Shown piece after piece: positions 1 to 12,624 of a stretch of DNA of 64,000 nt; position 1 is the stretch's first letter; each line of letters starts with the position of its first letter. Position numbers and translations under genes: made by a program. The stretch comes from Dudresnaya verticillata (lineage: Eukaryota). The notes beneath the pieces were generated by a model, which made no database searches, was not told the origin of the DNA, and saw only the letters and a list, made by a program, of their open reading frames with translations. Location of the stretch: NCBI GenBank assembly GCA_977862235.1, contig OZ374562.1:2666001-2730000 (forward strand), given 5' to 3'.

Positions 1-1486
1 GCAGTCTGTCGCGGTAGTCGGCGAGTCGCAGGGCCGGCGGGGACACGAAGTCGTGGGGAGAGGAGCGGGGTGGCGCCCTGCCAGGGCTTCCTTCCAGACG
101 GAATTGCATTGCTGGACAAGGACGCGACGGGGGAGCGGGTTCTGTAGCGCCTCTTGTAATGTCTCATTGGGCACATGGCGGAGGGCACTTAATGTGTCTC
201 GAGCCTGCCAGGAGGGGCGCGATAGGCGCGGTTGGTGTCGAGCACGACGTTGGAGGGAGGCGATAAGCTTGCGCTGTAGGGCTCGTTGGCGCAGGAGAGG
301 CGGTTCAATCTGAAAGATCGCGCGGAGCTTCTGTAGCCGGGTACGGGGCATGCGTTCCGACGGCTGCGACAGCACTAGGCGGAAGAATGCAGCATCCAGG
401 CTGTCCATCGCGGCTTGCGTTTCAGCTGTATAGCTTGCCAGGGTGCAGCCATGCTCGTAAGTTGAGCGCATGAAGGTATTGTATATGAAACGGCAGGCAC
501 TGGCTGGCATTTTGGGTGATACGATGCCCAGTGCGGCTAGTGATCGAAGATTCTTCTGTGCTGAGCCAACACGAGTTAGCACAGTTGATGTTTGAGCTCC
601 GTCGGGGGAGATGTCCACTCCAAGGAATCGAGTCGTATCGCGATGGGGGACAGGCTGGCCAGCTACGCGGAACTGCGCAGAGCTACGGCGGCCTCTGTGG
701 CGGTGTGGGAGCAGCACAGCACATTTCTGTACAGACCAAGTCATTGCGTACTTCTGTGCCCAGTCGTCACAAACCAGGAGGGACTGCCGGAGTTCGTGAG
801 CCGAATTAACATGTATGAGGCAGTCGTCGGCAAGAAGCCGGCCCGGGGGGTTTGTGTCACGCCTTCCAAGCTTTTCGCACAGATCGTATGCCAGCGCATC
901 GATAAAAAGGTTGAAGAGGATTGGGTTGAGAGGCGACCCTTGAACCTCCACGGCGAATCTCTGTAATTGTGTTTGTAGCATCTCCGGCGGTGTAGACAGT
1001 CAGCGGGCCAAGCGTTGTCGAAATCATAGCGACGAGGTGCGGGGGGAGCCAGTTGGAACACGTTTGCAGCAGTTTGTGGCGGTAAACTCGATCATAAGCC
1101 CGTTTCATGTCCAGAACAGCAGTGTAGTCGTCGCCAGTTCCGTTGGCCACGATTTTCAACGCAATAGCTATATCAGCTCGCAAGTATCTCTGGAAGCCCA
1201 GCTGCATGTAGTGTGGTGAATAGACTGTGGCCACATAGACTCCCTCGATTTCGTAGGTGATTGCTCTGTCAATAACTTTTCCAAGATGGGAGAGCATAAA
1301 GAGGGGGCGGTGGTTGTCTGGATCTTCAACCGGTCCGGACTTGTGAACAGGAACCAGGACTCCCTCATTCCAGCCAGTTGGGAATATTTCAAATCGGCCA
1401 CAACACTGCCACACTGCAAAAAGCAAGTCAGCACAGAGGAAGAAACAGGGCTTCAGCATTTCCACGTGTGTGTTGTCTGGTCCAAC
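1..1486 (-). pseudogene. Non-LTR retrotransposon (LINE) reverse transcriptase, 3' part, frameshifted
   Basis: Minus-strand motifs GPDNTHVEMLK, FPTGWNEGVLVPVHKSGPVEDPDNHRPL, QLGFQ, VLDMKRAYDRV, GSPLSPTLFNLFID and LLADD (~822-836) are typical of LINE RT. Confidence 0.9.
1221..1240. other. TSD-flanked 10-bp palindrome: TAGAC-TGTGGCCACA-TAGAC
   Basis: Read directly. It adds 5 in-frame codons to the LINE RT (EGVY[VATVY]SPH). Confidence 0.9.
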
Positions 1487-2381
1487 TGTGGTATAAACGT
1501 CTGAAGACGGAACACCGCCGAGCAGTTCGGGGCTCGGTGGGTAGCTGCACCCGTGGCGGTGAGTAGCCTCGCCTTGGGCGGCTTGTGGTAGAGCAGAGGA
1601 CACGCCTTGGGCGGACTGTAGACGCCCGAGGCGGAAAGGAAGGAAAAAGGGAACAGAAAGGAAACACGCCAAGGACGGTGATAGACTTGGAGGAACGGGA
1701 GTTAGACGCTTGATCCGTAGGCAGCGGTAGGGTACGCGCGTGCGGCACGGGGAAGTCTGCACCAAGGCCGGCTTGCCCGGGGGTTTACTGCTACGTCTGG
1801 GACGGCTTACCTAAGTATAGTACGGCGGTGCGGCGGCGGTGGTGCGTGTGCGTAGCGCGGAAACTCGGGACACGTGTTGTCCCGAGGCGCGTCTGACAGA
1901 TCACCCATCGCATGCAGCCGCGCGCCTGACAGGTTGCCGTGCAACCCCCTGTGTGGGTGCTTACACACACACGTGGACGCGTGTGCCTTACAGCTGTGCG
2001 CGCGTCTGTACTGTAGAGCGTGCGCCTTGGATCTAATCCGATACTTGTCTGATCCCGATCGCATCCAGATCCGGGCCAGCAATGCGAACACTCGCAACCT
2101 TGCAGGCGCCTATCTTACAGCTCAGGCGATCCGGATAGTCAATCTGGATACCGGATTCGGATCCCATCGGGATCCGTATTACAGTGCCCCGGGGCGCCAT
2201 TTCGGCCCATCACCGTACAGTTCCCGCGTGGCGCGCAGCGTGCGCGCGCGCCCCAGTGAGCCGTCGATGACGTGTTCGCGCGCCAACGGCGGTGGTGAGC
2301 GCCGGTGGCGGTTTTTCCGTCGGTCGACGTATTTGTTTCTCCGCTTTCAGCGAAAAAGGGGCTCACCCTCTTTGCACCACA
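1487..2381 (-). repeat. 3' LTR of Gypsy-A (895 bp)
   Basis: 1875-2381 is near-identical to 10496-11009. The PPT GGAGGGGGGTCG (minus strand, 2382-2393) abuts it. Confidence 0.9.
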
Positions 2382-2778
2382 CGACCCCCCTCCAAAACGC
2401 GAACACGTCAGACCTCCAACCTCCCGCCGCGCGTTTGCCTCCGGCTGTGCCCGTGCCTGCGCTTCGTCTTGGTGTGTCTGCGCGCGCGTGCTGCGACTTC
2501 GGCTGTGCCGTGCGAAACCTCGATCGTGTTGCGCGCCGCGTGCCCTTGCATTACGCCGACATCATCGCCTGTGGCGCCTTGCGATCCCCGTCGTTGACGT
2601 CGTTCAGACTCCCTCGCCTGTTGGCGTCCTTCTTTGTGTATCGCCTAGGGCGTAGTAACTGAATCATCGTTGACGTGAGGTTGTAAGGTTTTCGCCAGTG
2701 GCGTTGTTGAGTAATCATCGTTGACGCACGCTTCGAGAACTTTCGCCATTGGCGCCGGATACGAGTCGTCCTTGACGT

Positions 2779-5162
2779 TTGTGGATTCATCACCAGCGGC
2801 GCGAACTTATTCTCGTCTTTGACGTGATGCCGACCTTCAATGGTATGCAGGTGGCGGCGCCCTCGGCCGCGCTGGTGTACGCGTCACCTGTCGACTTCGT
2901 CGGTAAGAACCCTCGCGATCACGCGCATTTCTTCACGCAGGCCCCCTGGTTTGACCAGGAGGCTTTGCGTGAGGATGGTTTGGTTTCCCATTACGCTACT
3001 AGCGGTTTCTTGCCAGGGGGTCTGCCCCTTGGAGTCGTCTGGACGTTAGAGTGGAAGTTGCGCTGCGCGGTTCCGGTGGGGTGGCTTTGGGTGCGAGCGG
3101 GACAATCGCGCGCGGACGCCCACGCGCAGTTCGTCTCAGACGTATATCGACGCTTTACGCGTTATCGCGGGTCGACGTTAACGCCACCCCTTTTCAATTT
3201 CGATGCAGGGCAATACTGTACAGCTGGCGAGGCCGAATACGGTGCTCGTCTCGGGACGTTGTCATTGAAGCACGTGAGCTTGTCCATTGAGCCTCGCATT
3301 TTTCAAGAGGCTTACCTCTTAGGTGTACGCTTAAAAGCGGATTTTCGTTACTTGCATCGTACGGGTACGTTCTTCTGGGAGCGTTGTATCCGCTGGGAAT
3401 GTTAAACGCGTCGCCGAAAGGGCGTGTTTGTGCCGTACCAGGATATGCAAGTCGATTGCATTGAGCGTAGCAAATTACCTTACTGTTTTGTGAAGGTGCC
3501 GCCTGTATGGCGTGAGTTCGAGATATGCGAAGGTTTCGCAGCAGAACTCCCCCCGTGTGTCACGTATCTTGGTTCCGAGCTGATGACCGACCCGTATTCC
3601 AGGTATTGGATCGTTTTCTACACCGAGTGGGTAGCCAACGTGGCTTATGCTTGGCTATGGGAGGTGTATGACACCTTCCGTATGTATCATCTACCACCGC
3701 GTGTGGTCGCCTACCTCGGTAGCCTCGAATTGGTCGAAATATTTGGTGGTGCCAGGAACTCCGAGGAGTTCTGGGACCTGCGCGCTATTGGGGATGAGAT
3801 GGATTGGAACGACCCTGTCGCCGTACCGTTAGCTAACAACCGCCGTAAGGCGAATCTTCCGCGTTACGCGATGAGTCGAACTCATTCCGCCTGTGGCGAT
3901 TGGATTTGGTGCAACCCTTGGACAAAGCGTCGTACGACGAAGAACATTGCCGAACGCCATCGTAATACCGATCGCTTCACGCCGGGTAATCACCCGCGCG
4001 GTTTACGGAAGACCTGCTACTTTGTCGGTGACTTTCCTCCTCACTTAAGCGCCTTAATGGCGGAGGAGGATGCTCTGCACGCCAACGGCGGACCAGGTAA
4101 CTCGTCTGGGACGGCTATTGTTACGCCTATGCCGATGGAGTCTTCCGCTGAAGCGGCTGTCCCGTCTGCAACGTTACCCACGGGCCCTTCTGCGGCGAGT
4201 GCGATGCCAACCGGCGTGGCCACTGTCGCCCCCTTGGACCTTGCGGCGCCCGTTGCGGACGACGAGGGTGACGTCATTATGGCAGTGCCAGTTTCTGAGC
4301 CACCCCCGTCCGCAATGGCAGCAGATGGAGCATCGAGCGTCATAGACGGTTCAGGGAAAGCTCCCAGCGTGCCGGTATGGACCGATGCTCCCAGCGTGCC
4401 GGTATGGACCGAATAACAGCGCCGTACGGTCCTCGCGTTGTTGCAGGCTGCCGGCGTCGCTACTAGCGATTTGAGCGACTCACCCACGGAGTGCCAAAAT
4501 CGACTATTGTCGTAGGCTCCGCATCGAATGGCGGTGTGGCAGCAAAGCCTTCATCGCCTAAGGCGAATGGTCCGGCGTCTAAAGACGTGAGTATGACTGT
4601 ACCGCCTGCGGCGAGCGAAGCAAATGCTGCTATAGCGTCGTTGACGGCTCAGGAGGGGCCAGGTGCTCCTGCGTCAGTGACGAGTGTCGGGTTAACAACT
4701 CCGAAGGCGAGTGAAGAGGCGACGTCAATCGAGGCGGTTTCTGAACTTACGCCAAAGGCGGTCGATGAGTCGTTGACTGCGCTTAAAGCGGATTGGGCTG
4801 TGCCTGCGCCTAAGGCGAACGATAGCTTGAGCTCTGCGCATATGGCGGATGTTGTTTCTTCATCGCCTATGGCGGATATTGTCGTGGCAGCGCCGGAGGC
4901 GAGTGACCGACTTGGTTCTACGCCATCGGCTGTTGTCAAAGCCAAAGAGGCTTCGCCGTCTAAGGCAGGCGGTGAGTCACATGCTTCGACAGCGGCGCGT
5001 GATACTCCTTCAGCGACAGTGGTGGCGGTGCCTTTGCGGCCCGTCCCAGCTGCTGCTGTGAGTGTGCCGTCGGTGACGAAAGATGGCCTCTATGAAGAGG
5101 CATTGAGGGAGTCCGCCGAGGGCGATGATGCGGTGGGCTCAGCGAAGCCGCCTGCGACGTGA
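2779..5162 (+). pseudogene. Antisense extra ORF of Gypsy-A: conserved unknown domain plus Ala/Pro/Ser-rich tail
   Basis: ORFs 2779-3405 and 3424-4416 are in the same frame, separated by one TAA. 4491-5162 is a low-complexity tail in another frame. Homologous to the ORFs in Gypsy-B and Gypsy-D. Confidence 0.75.
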
Positions 5163-6426
5163 CGTAGTCGGCGTCGTTTCGGGCGAAAGGCGGTGGTGAG
5201 CATGCGTGTTGTGGTACCTTGTCGGCTCCCTTGCGGAGTCGGCAGGTAGGAGATCATACGTCGTTGACGAATAACGTGGAATGTCCTGCGGCGTTAGCCG
5301 CCGTGGCTTGGAGTTTGGGTGCGGGGTTTCCCCGTTGCTTAGCCCAATAAATTGCATCGTTGGTAACGTAGTTTGTTTTTGTCTTGCTGCGGCCGTCGTG
5401 TCGTTGCCGACGAGTCTTGCGGGCGCGTTAGCGAAATCCTTGTCTCGTCGTGGCGACGTGATCTGGGCGTTGTACTTCCCCTCGTTGCTCGCTGCGTTAG
5501 CGTTGTGTAGTGCGCCTGAGGCGTTGTTCTCGTCGTCATTGGCGATTAGTGTAGCTGTAATGGTCGTTTGTTAGCGAGGTCGAGGGGTTGTCCCCGTCTG
5601 TTTTTAGCCCCGTAAACTTCGGCCATTGTCAGCGTCTTCCCGTGTCGCGTTTCGCGTCGCTCTTAAGGTGTGACCTGTGGTCCCACTTCGACTTTGCGTC
5701 GTGTTCGTGATTGCCCGCTACAGTAGCGTTGGCGTTTGATGCCATTAGCCTTTGCCGTGCGTTACGCTTCGGATGCGTTTGGCTAGTAGTGTCCGCTGTA
5801 GTAGCGTTTTTCTTCGTGTTGCACGTACGGCGGTTGGCGTATTTCCGCTGACTTATCGTTTTGGTAATGCGTGTGTCGCGCTGCGCCTTGGGCGTGGTTT
5901 GTCGGCGTCCTGAACGAGGGTCGCGAAGGCGGTGAGGTAGGTGTTGACGCCTTGGCGTTGCCGCCCCTTTCGTCTTCGACGTTCCTCCTTGGGGGTAGGG
6001 TAGGGAATGGTCGCGCTCGCGCGACTGAGACCGCGGCGGCCGCGGTCAGGGGCGGAGTCGTTGGCGACATGTTGGCGCGTCGTGCACGGAACCCACGGCA
6101 ACTGCGTCTTCAACCACCTTCCCCCCCCTTCGGGGGTGGGTTTGTCGGTGCGCCCCTTCTTTGGCGAGTTACGTCGGAGACGTTCAACGGGTGCTTTCGC
6201 GCGAGACCGTGGCCGGCAGGGTGGCGGTCTCAGGGACTTGGCCGTGGTGCGAGTGCACGTCTCGACGTCGGAGACGGTTGTTGCGCGCTGTCACTTGTGC
6301 CTGTCGTCGCTGGTGCTCGTAGCACCTGCTCAGTCACTTGGCATGATTGCGTTCGTCGTGCGTTGACGGCGGGGTGGTGCGCGTTGCCGTGATAGGAAAT
6401 TAAAAATTGACCAATTACTGCCTCCA

Positions 6427-9400
6427 TTAGGCGTCACCCTCTGAGCTCGGTGGTGGCGTGTCGGGGGTAGTCGTCCCTTCTTCTTGTGACGTGGGGTTGA
6501 CTGCGTCCTGCGCCGCAGGCGGGCCTGGTGGTACGACGATTGGAGTGGCGGCCTGATCCGGTGGGGTCGGCGCCCAGACCACGCAGTCTCGGGACAAACG
6601 TTCCCGCTCGTCACGTCCCTTGTCGACGGTTACTGTCTCGTTATCAACGTGCGTTACCCGATATGGTCCGTCCGCCACTGGTGCCAACTTATGCTTACGC
6701 TCTGCGCGATCCGTGCTCCCGCCTCGGGCGAAGTATTCCTTGCGTACGAATACGAAGTCGCCTACGGCGATTGCTTCCTTCGATTTCCTTAATCGGGTAT
6801 CGAAGTTTCGTTTGAAACGTGCTTGAGTTTTCTCTACCGACGCTTTAGCGGTTCCCATCAGTGCGGCCAGCCAGGTTCGCCACTTGGTGTAGTATTGCCC
6901 CGCGGTGGGTACGCTTTCGAGCGACGGTTCCGCTTCGAGCGACAATGGCCGTGGTGGCTTTGACAGCACCAATTCAATCGGAGCGAGATGCGTAGACGAA
7001 TGCAACTGTGTGTTGTATGCGAACGGCAAGGCATCCGTGCACAGGTCCCAGTCTCTCGGATGATCCGCAACGTAGTGACGCAGCGAGGCCAGGATAGTTC
7101 GATTGAATCGTTCTACCTGCCCATTGCATTGCGGATGGTACGTCGTGGTGAAGCGATTCTCCACTCCCAAAAGACGGCAGATATCCTGAAACAGCTTAGC
7201 CACAAACTGTGGTCCGTTGTCAGACAACAGTTTCTTGGGGGGCCCGTACACGAAGACCCAATGTCGTACAAACGCCTTAGCGATTTCCAATGCCGTAATA
7301 CTACGCAGTGGGACCGTCCGGACCAGTTTCGAGAAGCGGTCCACAATGACGAGTAGGAACTTGTTTCCTCGCTTCGCGCGTATGAGTTCGCCCAGGATGT
7401 CGATCGATACAAATTCGAGAGGCTCGGTTGCCGGGAATAACTTCAATTGCTTGGTGTTCTTTCGCAGCAATACGCGATTCTTAGCGCAAGTTACGCAGTT
7501 GCGGACGGTCGCATAATGTGGCCACACATAGCAGTCCACTGGCATCGATGGCCAATAGGATTCGCGTCGAAGCGTATGATGCAACTTACGCCCCCTGGGT
7601 GCCCTGCCAACTTGGCGTGGTGCCGGAGGTGGAGTAAGAGAGCGCGTAACGCGGAAGGTACGACCACCTGCGGCCAGACTTCCACTGTTCGGACCAACAG
7701 GCCCTGTTCATCCGTTTCGAACGGTAAGATGATCCCGTCATCCAGACGCTTCCTGATGTCGTTCAGTATTTTTCATCGCCTTGGGCGTGTGCCAACTCTT
7801 CATACGTCACTTGACGAAGTAGTACCTCACCCGCCGGCGGCGTGTTGTTGATCAACACTTGGTGGACCTCTTCGAACTCTCGTTCGGAGAAGTTGACCTC
7901 GCCTTCGGCGTCTGACAGATCGTCTTGTGACGTTTGATGGCCGTCTTCGACGTAGCTTCCGTGATAGCATGGTATATCATCGTCAATGGGCTCAACTGTT
8001 TCTCCCTTCGTCTGTAGACGCGAAAGGGCATCTGCCTGAGTATTCAGGTACCCCTTTTTGTACTTCACGATGAAGTCGAACTCGGAAAGGCGAAGGCGCC
8101 TCCGCATTAACCGTCCAGAGGGGTCGCTGATTTCCAGCAGCCACCTCAATGACGAATGGTCCGTATGGACTGTGAACGACTCCATCTGGAGGTAAGGTCG
8201 CAGCGTCATGACGGACCATACTACTGCGAGGCACCCCTTTTCGGAGACCGAGTAGTTACGCTCTGGAGCGGTGAGCGAGCGGGACCAGAAGCCGAGTGGC
8301 TTACGCTCCCCGTCGGGCTGCGTTTGAAAGAGAGCGCAGCCGACCTGATACTCGCTTGCGTCACAATCGACGGAATAGGGGAGACCCTGCTGTCGTAGCG
8401 CCAATATAGACGGATGAGTCACGGCCTCGACGAGCGTACTGAACGCTTTGGCTTGTGTCTCATCAAACGGTTGTAACCGGAAGTCCTGTTCCTTCCTCAG
8501 CAACGTCTTGAGGGGGGCAGCGACATGTGCGTATCGCGAGACGAACCGTCTGTAGACGTTACAAAGACCGAGGAAACTCCGTAGCTCCTTCTGATCCCGT
8601 GGATGCTTGGCTTCGCGTAGCGCGGCAGTGACAGTTCGGTCAACTTCTAACCGTCCTGGACGTATGACGTGACCCAAGTAGTTGACGGTCGGGGTGAAGA
8701 AGTCACACTTGGTCAACTTCAGAGTCACCCCGGCGCGGTGCAATGTCGAAAGGATCTCGTCAACATGACGGAAGTGACTGTCGATGTCGCTGGAGAAGAT
8801 TATTACGTCGTCGAGGTAGACGAGGCACGAACGCCATTTTTAACCAGCGAGCAGTATGTCCAACGTTCGTTGAAACGTAGCGGGTGCGTTCGTGAGACCG
8901 AATGGCATACGCTTATAGCGGAACAGTCCGGCGTGGCACGTGAACGCAGTCTTATCGCGGTCTCCCGGATTGATCGGCACCTGCCAGTACCCACTGTTAC
9001 AGTCTAGGGTGGTGAAGACGTTTGCTTCTCCTATACTGTCAATGCATTCATCGATACGCAGCAGCGGGTACGTATCCCGTACGGTTACTGCGTTTAAACG
9101 TCGGTATTCTACGCAAAAGCGGAGGGTCCCGTCTTTCTTGGGGGCGAAGACCACTGGTGAGGCTCACGGCGATTGTGCGGGCTCGATAACCCCTTGATGC
9201 AGCATGCGGTCCACTTCCGCTTGAGCGAGTTGTCTTTGCTTCGGCCCCGCTCGGTAGGGCGGGGACGATATCGGTCTAGAGCCGGGAAGCAAGTCGATGT
9301 AGTGCTCCGTGGTTGAGATTTCTCCCAACGAACCGTCCCAAATAGACGAATACTTGCGTAACATCTCCTTAAGCCGGCCTTGATGCTCGGCGGGGAGATG

Positions 9401-10320
9401 TCCCAGGTCCAAATCGTCTACTTACGGAGGCTTGGCAGTGGTTGCCTCGATAGACTTCGTGAAAGTATCCGGCTGTGCCGCAGTGTTATCGTTCGTTTGA
9501 AAACGGAAATCTTGGTTTGCCTTCGCTTCCTCGGCCTGTTCCTCTGTGAGGCCCAAAACATCGGCTAGACTTACGTGACTGGGGAACACTGCTGTCGGAT
9601 GTAGTAACGCCGTCGCGACGACTTGGACCTTGGCCAGCGCCTGTGGGCGGGGAGAGAAGTTGGCAACCAGAATGCGAAACGCTTTTAGCGGCTCCACTTG
9701 AGCAATCCCGTTCGTAACGGCCAGACCTTGTTTGTCGTACAGCGTTCCGAACGGTTGAATTGTGAAGATGCCGGCGCGCTCGGTGGTCACCGATACCCAT
9801 TGCTGCGCCTTAGGCGGGATGATCGCGCGCTCGGTTACTCGGATCTTGGGCGACGTCCTTCCTTCGGCCTTGCCGTATTCCTGTTCCGTTGGTAACGGAG
9901 GATACGACGGGGGTCGGCGCAGCGGGCGGCGCGTTATAGGGACACGAGTCCAGTCATCCAATTCAACCTCCCGACTTCGCGGATATATTGCTTCGACGAA
10001 GCGGTCGCAAAAGTCGCAGCCGAGCATAACCGGCGCAGCGAGTCGTTCGCAAACGATCAGTTCCAACTTGACGACTCTCCGTCCCAGACGAACGACCAGG
10101 TCGATAGTGCCTCTTGTCTGAATCGCCTTATTGTTGGCGTCGGCTATGACGGGGAGGCTCTTTGCCACGATGCGCGATCGCGCTTCCAGCGGAATGTCGT
10201 CAATGCGAATGAAATTCGGACCAGCCCCCTTGTCGAGGACAGTGAGTTTACGTGCCAAGGTACTAACGGTTGCGCCCAAATCGGCGTACACCTTATAGTT
10301 CCTTTTGGCCATTAGGAACA
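6427..10320 (-). pseudogene. pol: Gypsy-A pol (protease, RT, RNase H, integrase) with stops and frameshifts
   Basis: VLDKGAGPNF (protease), LDCNSGYWQV, MPFGLTNAPATFQR, YLDD, CDASEYQVG, TDHSSL, AGHPG...CVTC, IVDRFSK, SDNGPQF, GQVERFNRT, GPYRV. Confidence 0.95.
7512..7531. other. TSD-flanked 10-bp palindrome: CATAA-TGTGGCCACA-CATAG
   Basis: Read directly, with one mismatch in the TSD. It inserts 5 codons in the integrase zinc-finger region (DCY[VWPHY]ATV). Confidence 0.85.
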
Positions 10321-10495
10321 ACTGCCCCCGCGCCCGGGGGGGCTGGTACCTTCGCCATGGGCTTTGTAATGACGTCTGTGACGACTCTATCCGCCCGCTG
10401 GCGTCATCGGTAACTAACTTCGGGCGCTCCTTCCGTGTCAACACCCGAGGCCTAGGCCTCTCTTCACGGTGCGACACTCCAGTGTCAGGATTTGG

Positions 10496-11009
10496 TGTTG
10501 TCCCGAAGCGCGTCTGACAGATCACCCATCGCATGCAGCCGCGCGCCTGACAGGTTGCCGTGCAACCCCCTGTGGGTGCTTACACACACACACGTGGACG
10601 CGTGTGCCTTACAGCTGTGCGCGCGTCTGTACTGTAGAGCGTGCGCCTTGGATCTAATCCGATACTTGTCCGATCCCGATCCCATCCGGATCCGGGCCAG
10701 CAATGCGAACACTCGCAATCTTACAGGCGCATGTCTTACAGCTCAGGCGATCCGGATAGCCAATCTGGATACCGGATCCGGATCCCATCGGGATCCGTAT
10801 TACAGTGCCCCGGGGCGCCATGTCGGTCCATCACCGTACAGTGCCCGCGTGGCGCGCGGCGCGCAGCGTGCGCGCGCGCCCCAGTGAGCCGTCAATGACG
10901 TGTTCGCGCGCCAACGGCGGTGGTGAGCGCCGGTGGCGGTTTCTCCGTCGGTCGACGTATTTGTTGCTCCGCTTTCAGCGAAAAAGGGGCTCACCCCCCT
11001 TGCACCACA
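10496..11009 (-). repeat. Truncated 5' LTR of Gypsy-A
   Basis: Matches 1875-2381 only and directly abuts the protease region. Confidence 0.9.
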
Positions 11010-11470
11010 CCAACCGCTTTTTCGCTTGCCATGGAGGAGACGGCCCGAAGGATGGACTGCCGGAAGAAGGAGGTACATAAAATTCTTGGGAAGCTTGCAT
11101 GGGTGGGACAGTGGCGGGAGATCGCATGTGCCGGGTGAAGCGGGCTGGGACTAGGGAGGGTCCTGTAGCGATTTGGAGCCGAAGTCGTCGCTTGCGCTTC
11201 ATCTGTTGCGCACGTATCGCAGTAGCCAAGTCAGAATGAGGGTGCTGAAGCAACTTTTGCTGGGATCTCTCCTTCTGGCAACGTTTGATCGCTCGAACTC
11301 GGGAATGTATGACACGCTGTAGCTTACGGCATTCCTGCTCAGCAAAGGCGCGTTGGGGTTCTGCGGCAGAGCTCTTCATTTCCCGGAACGCACGGCGCCT
11401 ATTTCTTCGCATGCAGTCGAGCTCAATGGACCAGTGTGGCTTAAAACGATGGGGTCTTGCGGGTGCAACG
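11010..11470 (-). pseudogene. LINE ORF2 segment upstream of RT (continuation of 1-1486)
   Basis: KPHWSIELDCMRRNRRRAF is a basic pre-RT motif. It joins across the CCAAC TSD. Confidence 0.8.
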
Positions 11471-12137
11471 TGTAGTAGAATTTCCACGGGGCCAGGTAGA
11501 ACGGAAACAACCACGACACCTGTCCTATGGCCAACACTAGCTTTGGTAGCTCGGGGAAAAAGGGAATTGGTAGAGACTTGGGGAAAAAGGCACAAAGCCT
11601 AGGAAAAACGGGAAAAGGGAAGGGCTGTGGCCACAAGGGCGGCGCTACCCAGCTCGCGCAGAGCTTCCGTCGTGCGGATACAAGGCGCGTAGAGCGCCTG
11701 AAAGGGGAAAAAGGTACGGTGAGTCCATCGATTCCAGAAAAGGGCAAAAGACCCAAACCCACCGTAGGGTTCTATTCAGAAGGCCCCTGCTACTCAGGGG
11801 CTTATTAAGTATGGCAGAGCCGGAATTTCTCTTACCTCCTATGAGCTATTCTAAGCTATTCTAGCTGTAATTATTAATCTAATAGTACTGTTGTCAGTTA
11901 TAAATACGGATTAGTGCTAGTACCGCATCGGGCCGCGTGAGCGACCACAATAAGTTACCCAATGGCAATTCGCCATCACATTTGGTGCCAGCAGGGAATC
12001 CAGCGGGGCGCATCTTCCTTACAGCGCACGGTGCTTGTGCGCGCCTTAGAGCTTGATGCGAGTGGGCGTCTTACACCTTAATACGCACACATGACTTACA
12101 GTGCGCCAGCACTTCCACTGCGGCTCATTCTTCCACA
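11471..12137 (-). repeat. 3' LTR of Gypsy-B
   Basis: Ends TGTAGTAGAAT...ATTCTTCCACA (9/11 inverted match), followed by PPT-like GAGGGGCCG (minus, 12138-12146). No partner LTR in the window. Confidence 0.7.
11621..11640. other. TSD-flanked 10-bp palindrome: AGGGC-TGTGGCCACA-AGGGC
   Basis: Read directly, inside the Gypsy-B LTR. Confidence 0.9.
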
Positions 12138-12216
12138 CGGCCCCTCATTAAGGCTGAGAGACCCGCGAAGCCAGCAGGGCTATTTCTATTGGCCCCGTCT
12201 GGGCGAGGTTGCAATC

Positions 12217-12624
12217 TGTCGATTTGCACCCATCTGTGTCGCAGAGTCGCACTGTAAGATACCTTACAGTGCTTCCGGCGACCACCGCGCCGTCCGCGCG
12301 CGACGCGCGCGCCCGACTGCAACTGGCTAGGCTACTTCAAGCCCCGCTGACCACTACAGACCACCCCCGCTCCTCTGAGCACGATCGAAGTAGAAGAGTA
12401 AGCAGCGTTGACGAGAACGTCCGTTGCGTCAGCCGCGGTGGTCTGCCGTAGCCCTCTTCCCTTGCTTCGATAAACTTCGCCCACCTCTCTGACCCGCTCG
12501 CTCCGCTCGCGCCCCGCTCGCGCCCCTTTCCCCGTGTTCCGCGACCCTGCGCGCCGTGCCCGCAGAGCGGTGAATCTACACCACTCTCACGCCGCGCGCG
12601 CGTGTCGACCGGCTACGGACGCCA
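12217..12624 (+). repeat. Copia 5' LTR
   Basis: Direct repeat of 18934-19344. Confidence 0.9.

Larger units (their letters stand above)
1487..11009 (-). mobile_element. Ty3/Gypsy LTR retrotransposon A (gag, PBS and inner part of the 5' LTR deleted)
   Basis: Termini TGTGGT...ACCACA with TSD CCAAC at 1482-1486 and 11010-11014. Removing it rejoins the LINE motif KAVG|PDNTHVEMLK. Domain order is PR-RT-RH-INT on the minus strand. Confidence 0.93.

Noticed and set aside
857..1765. 302-aa ORF as a single gene
   Set aside because: Chimeric: the N-terminal part is Gypsy-A LTR read through into the LINE RT at 1486/1487.
2779..5162. env-like gene
   Set aside because: Antisense orientation, and no signal peptide, furin site or transmembrane segment visible.
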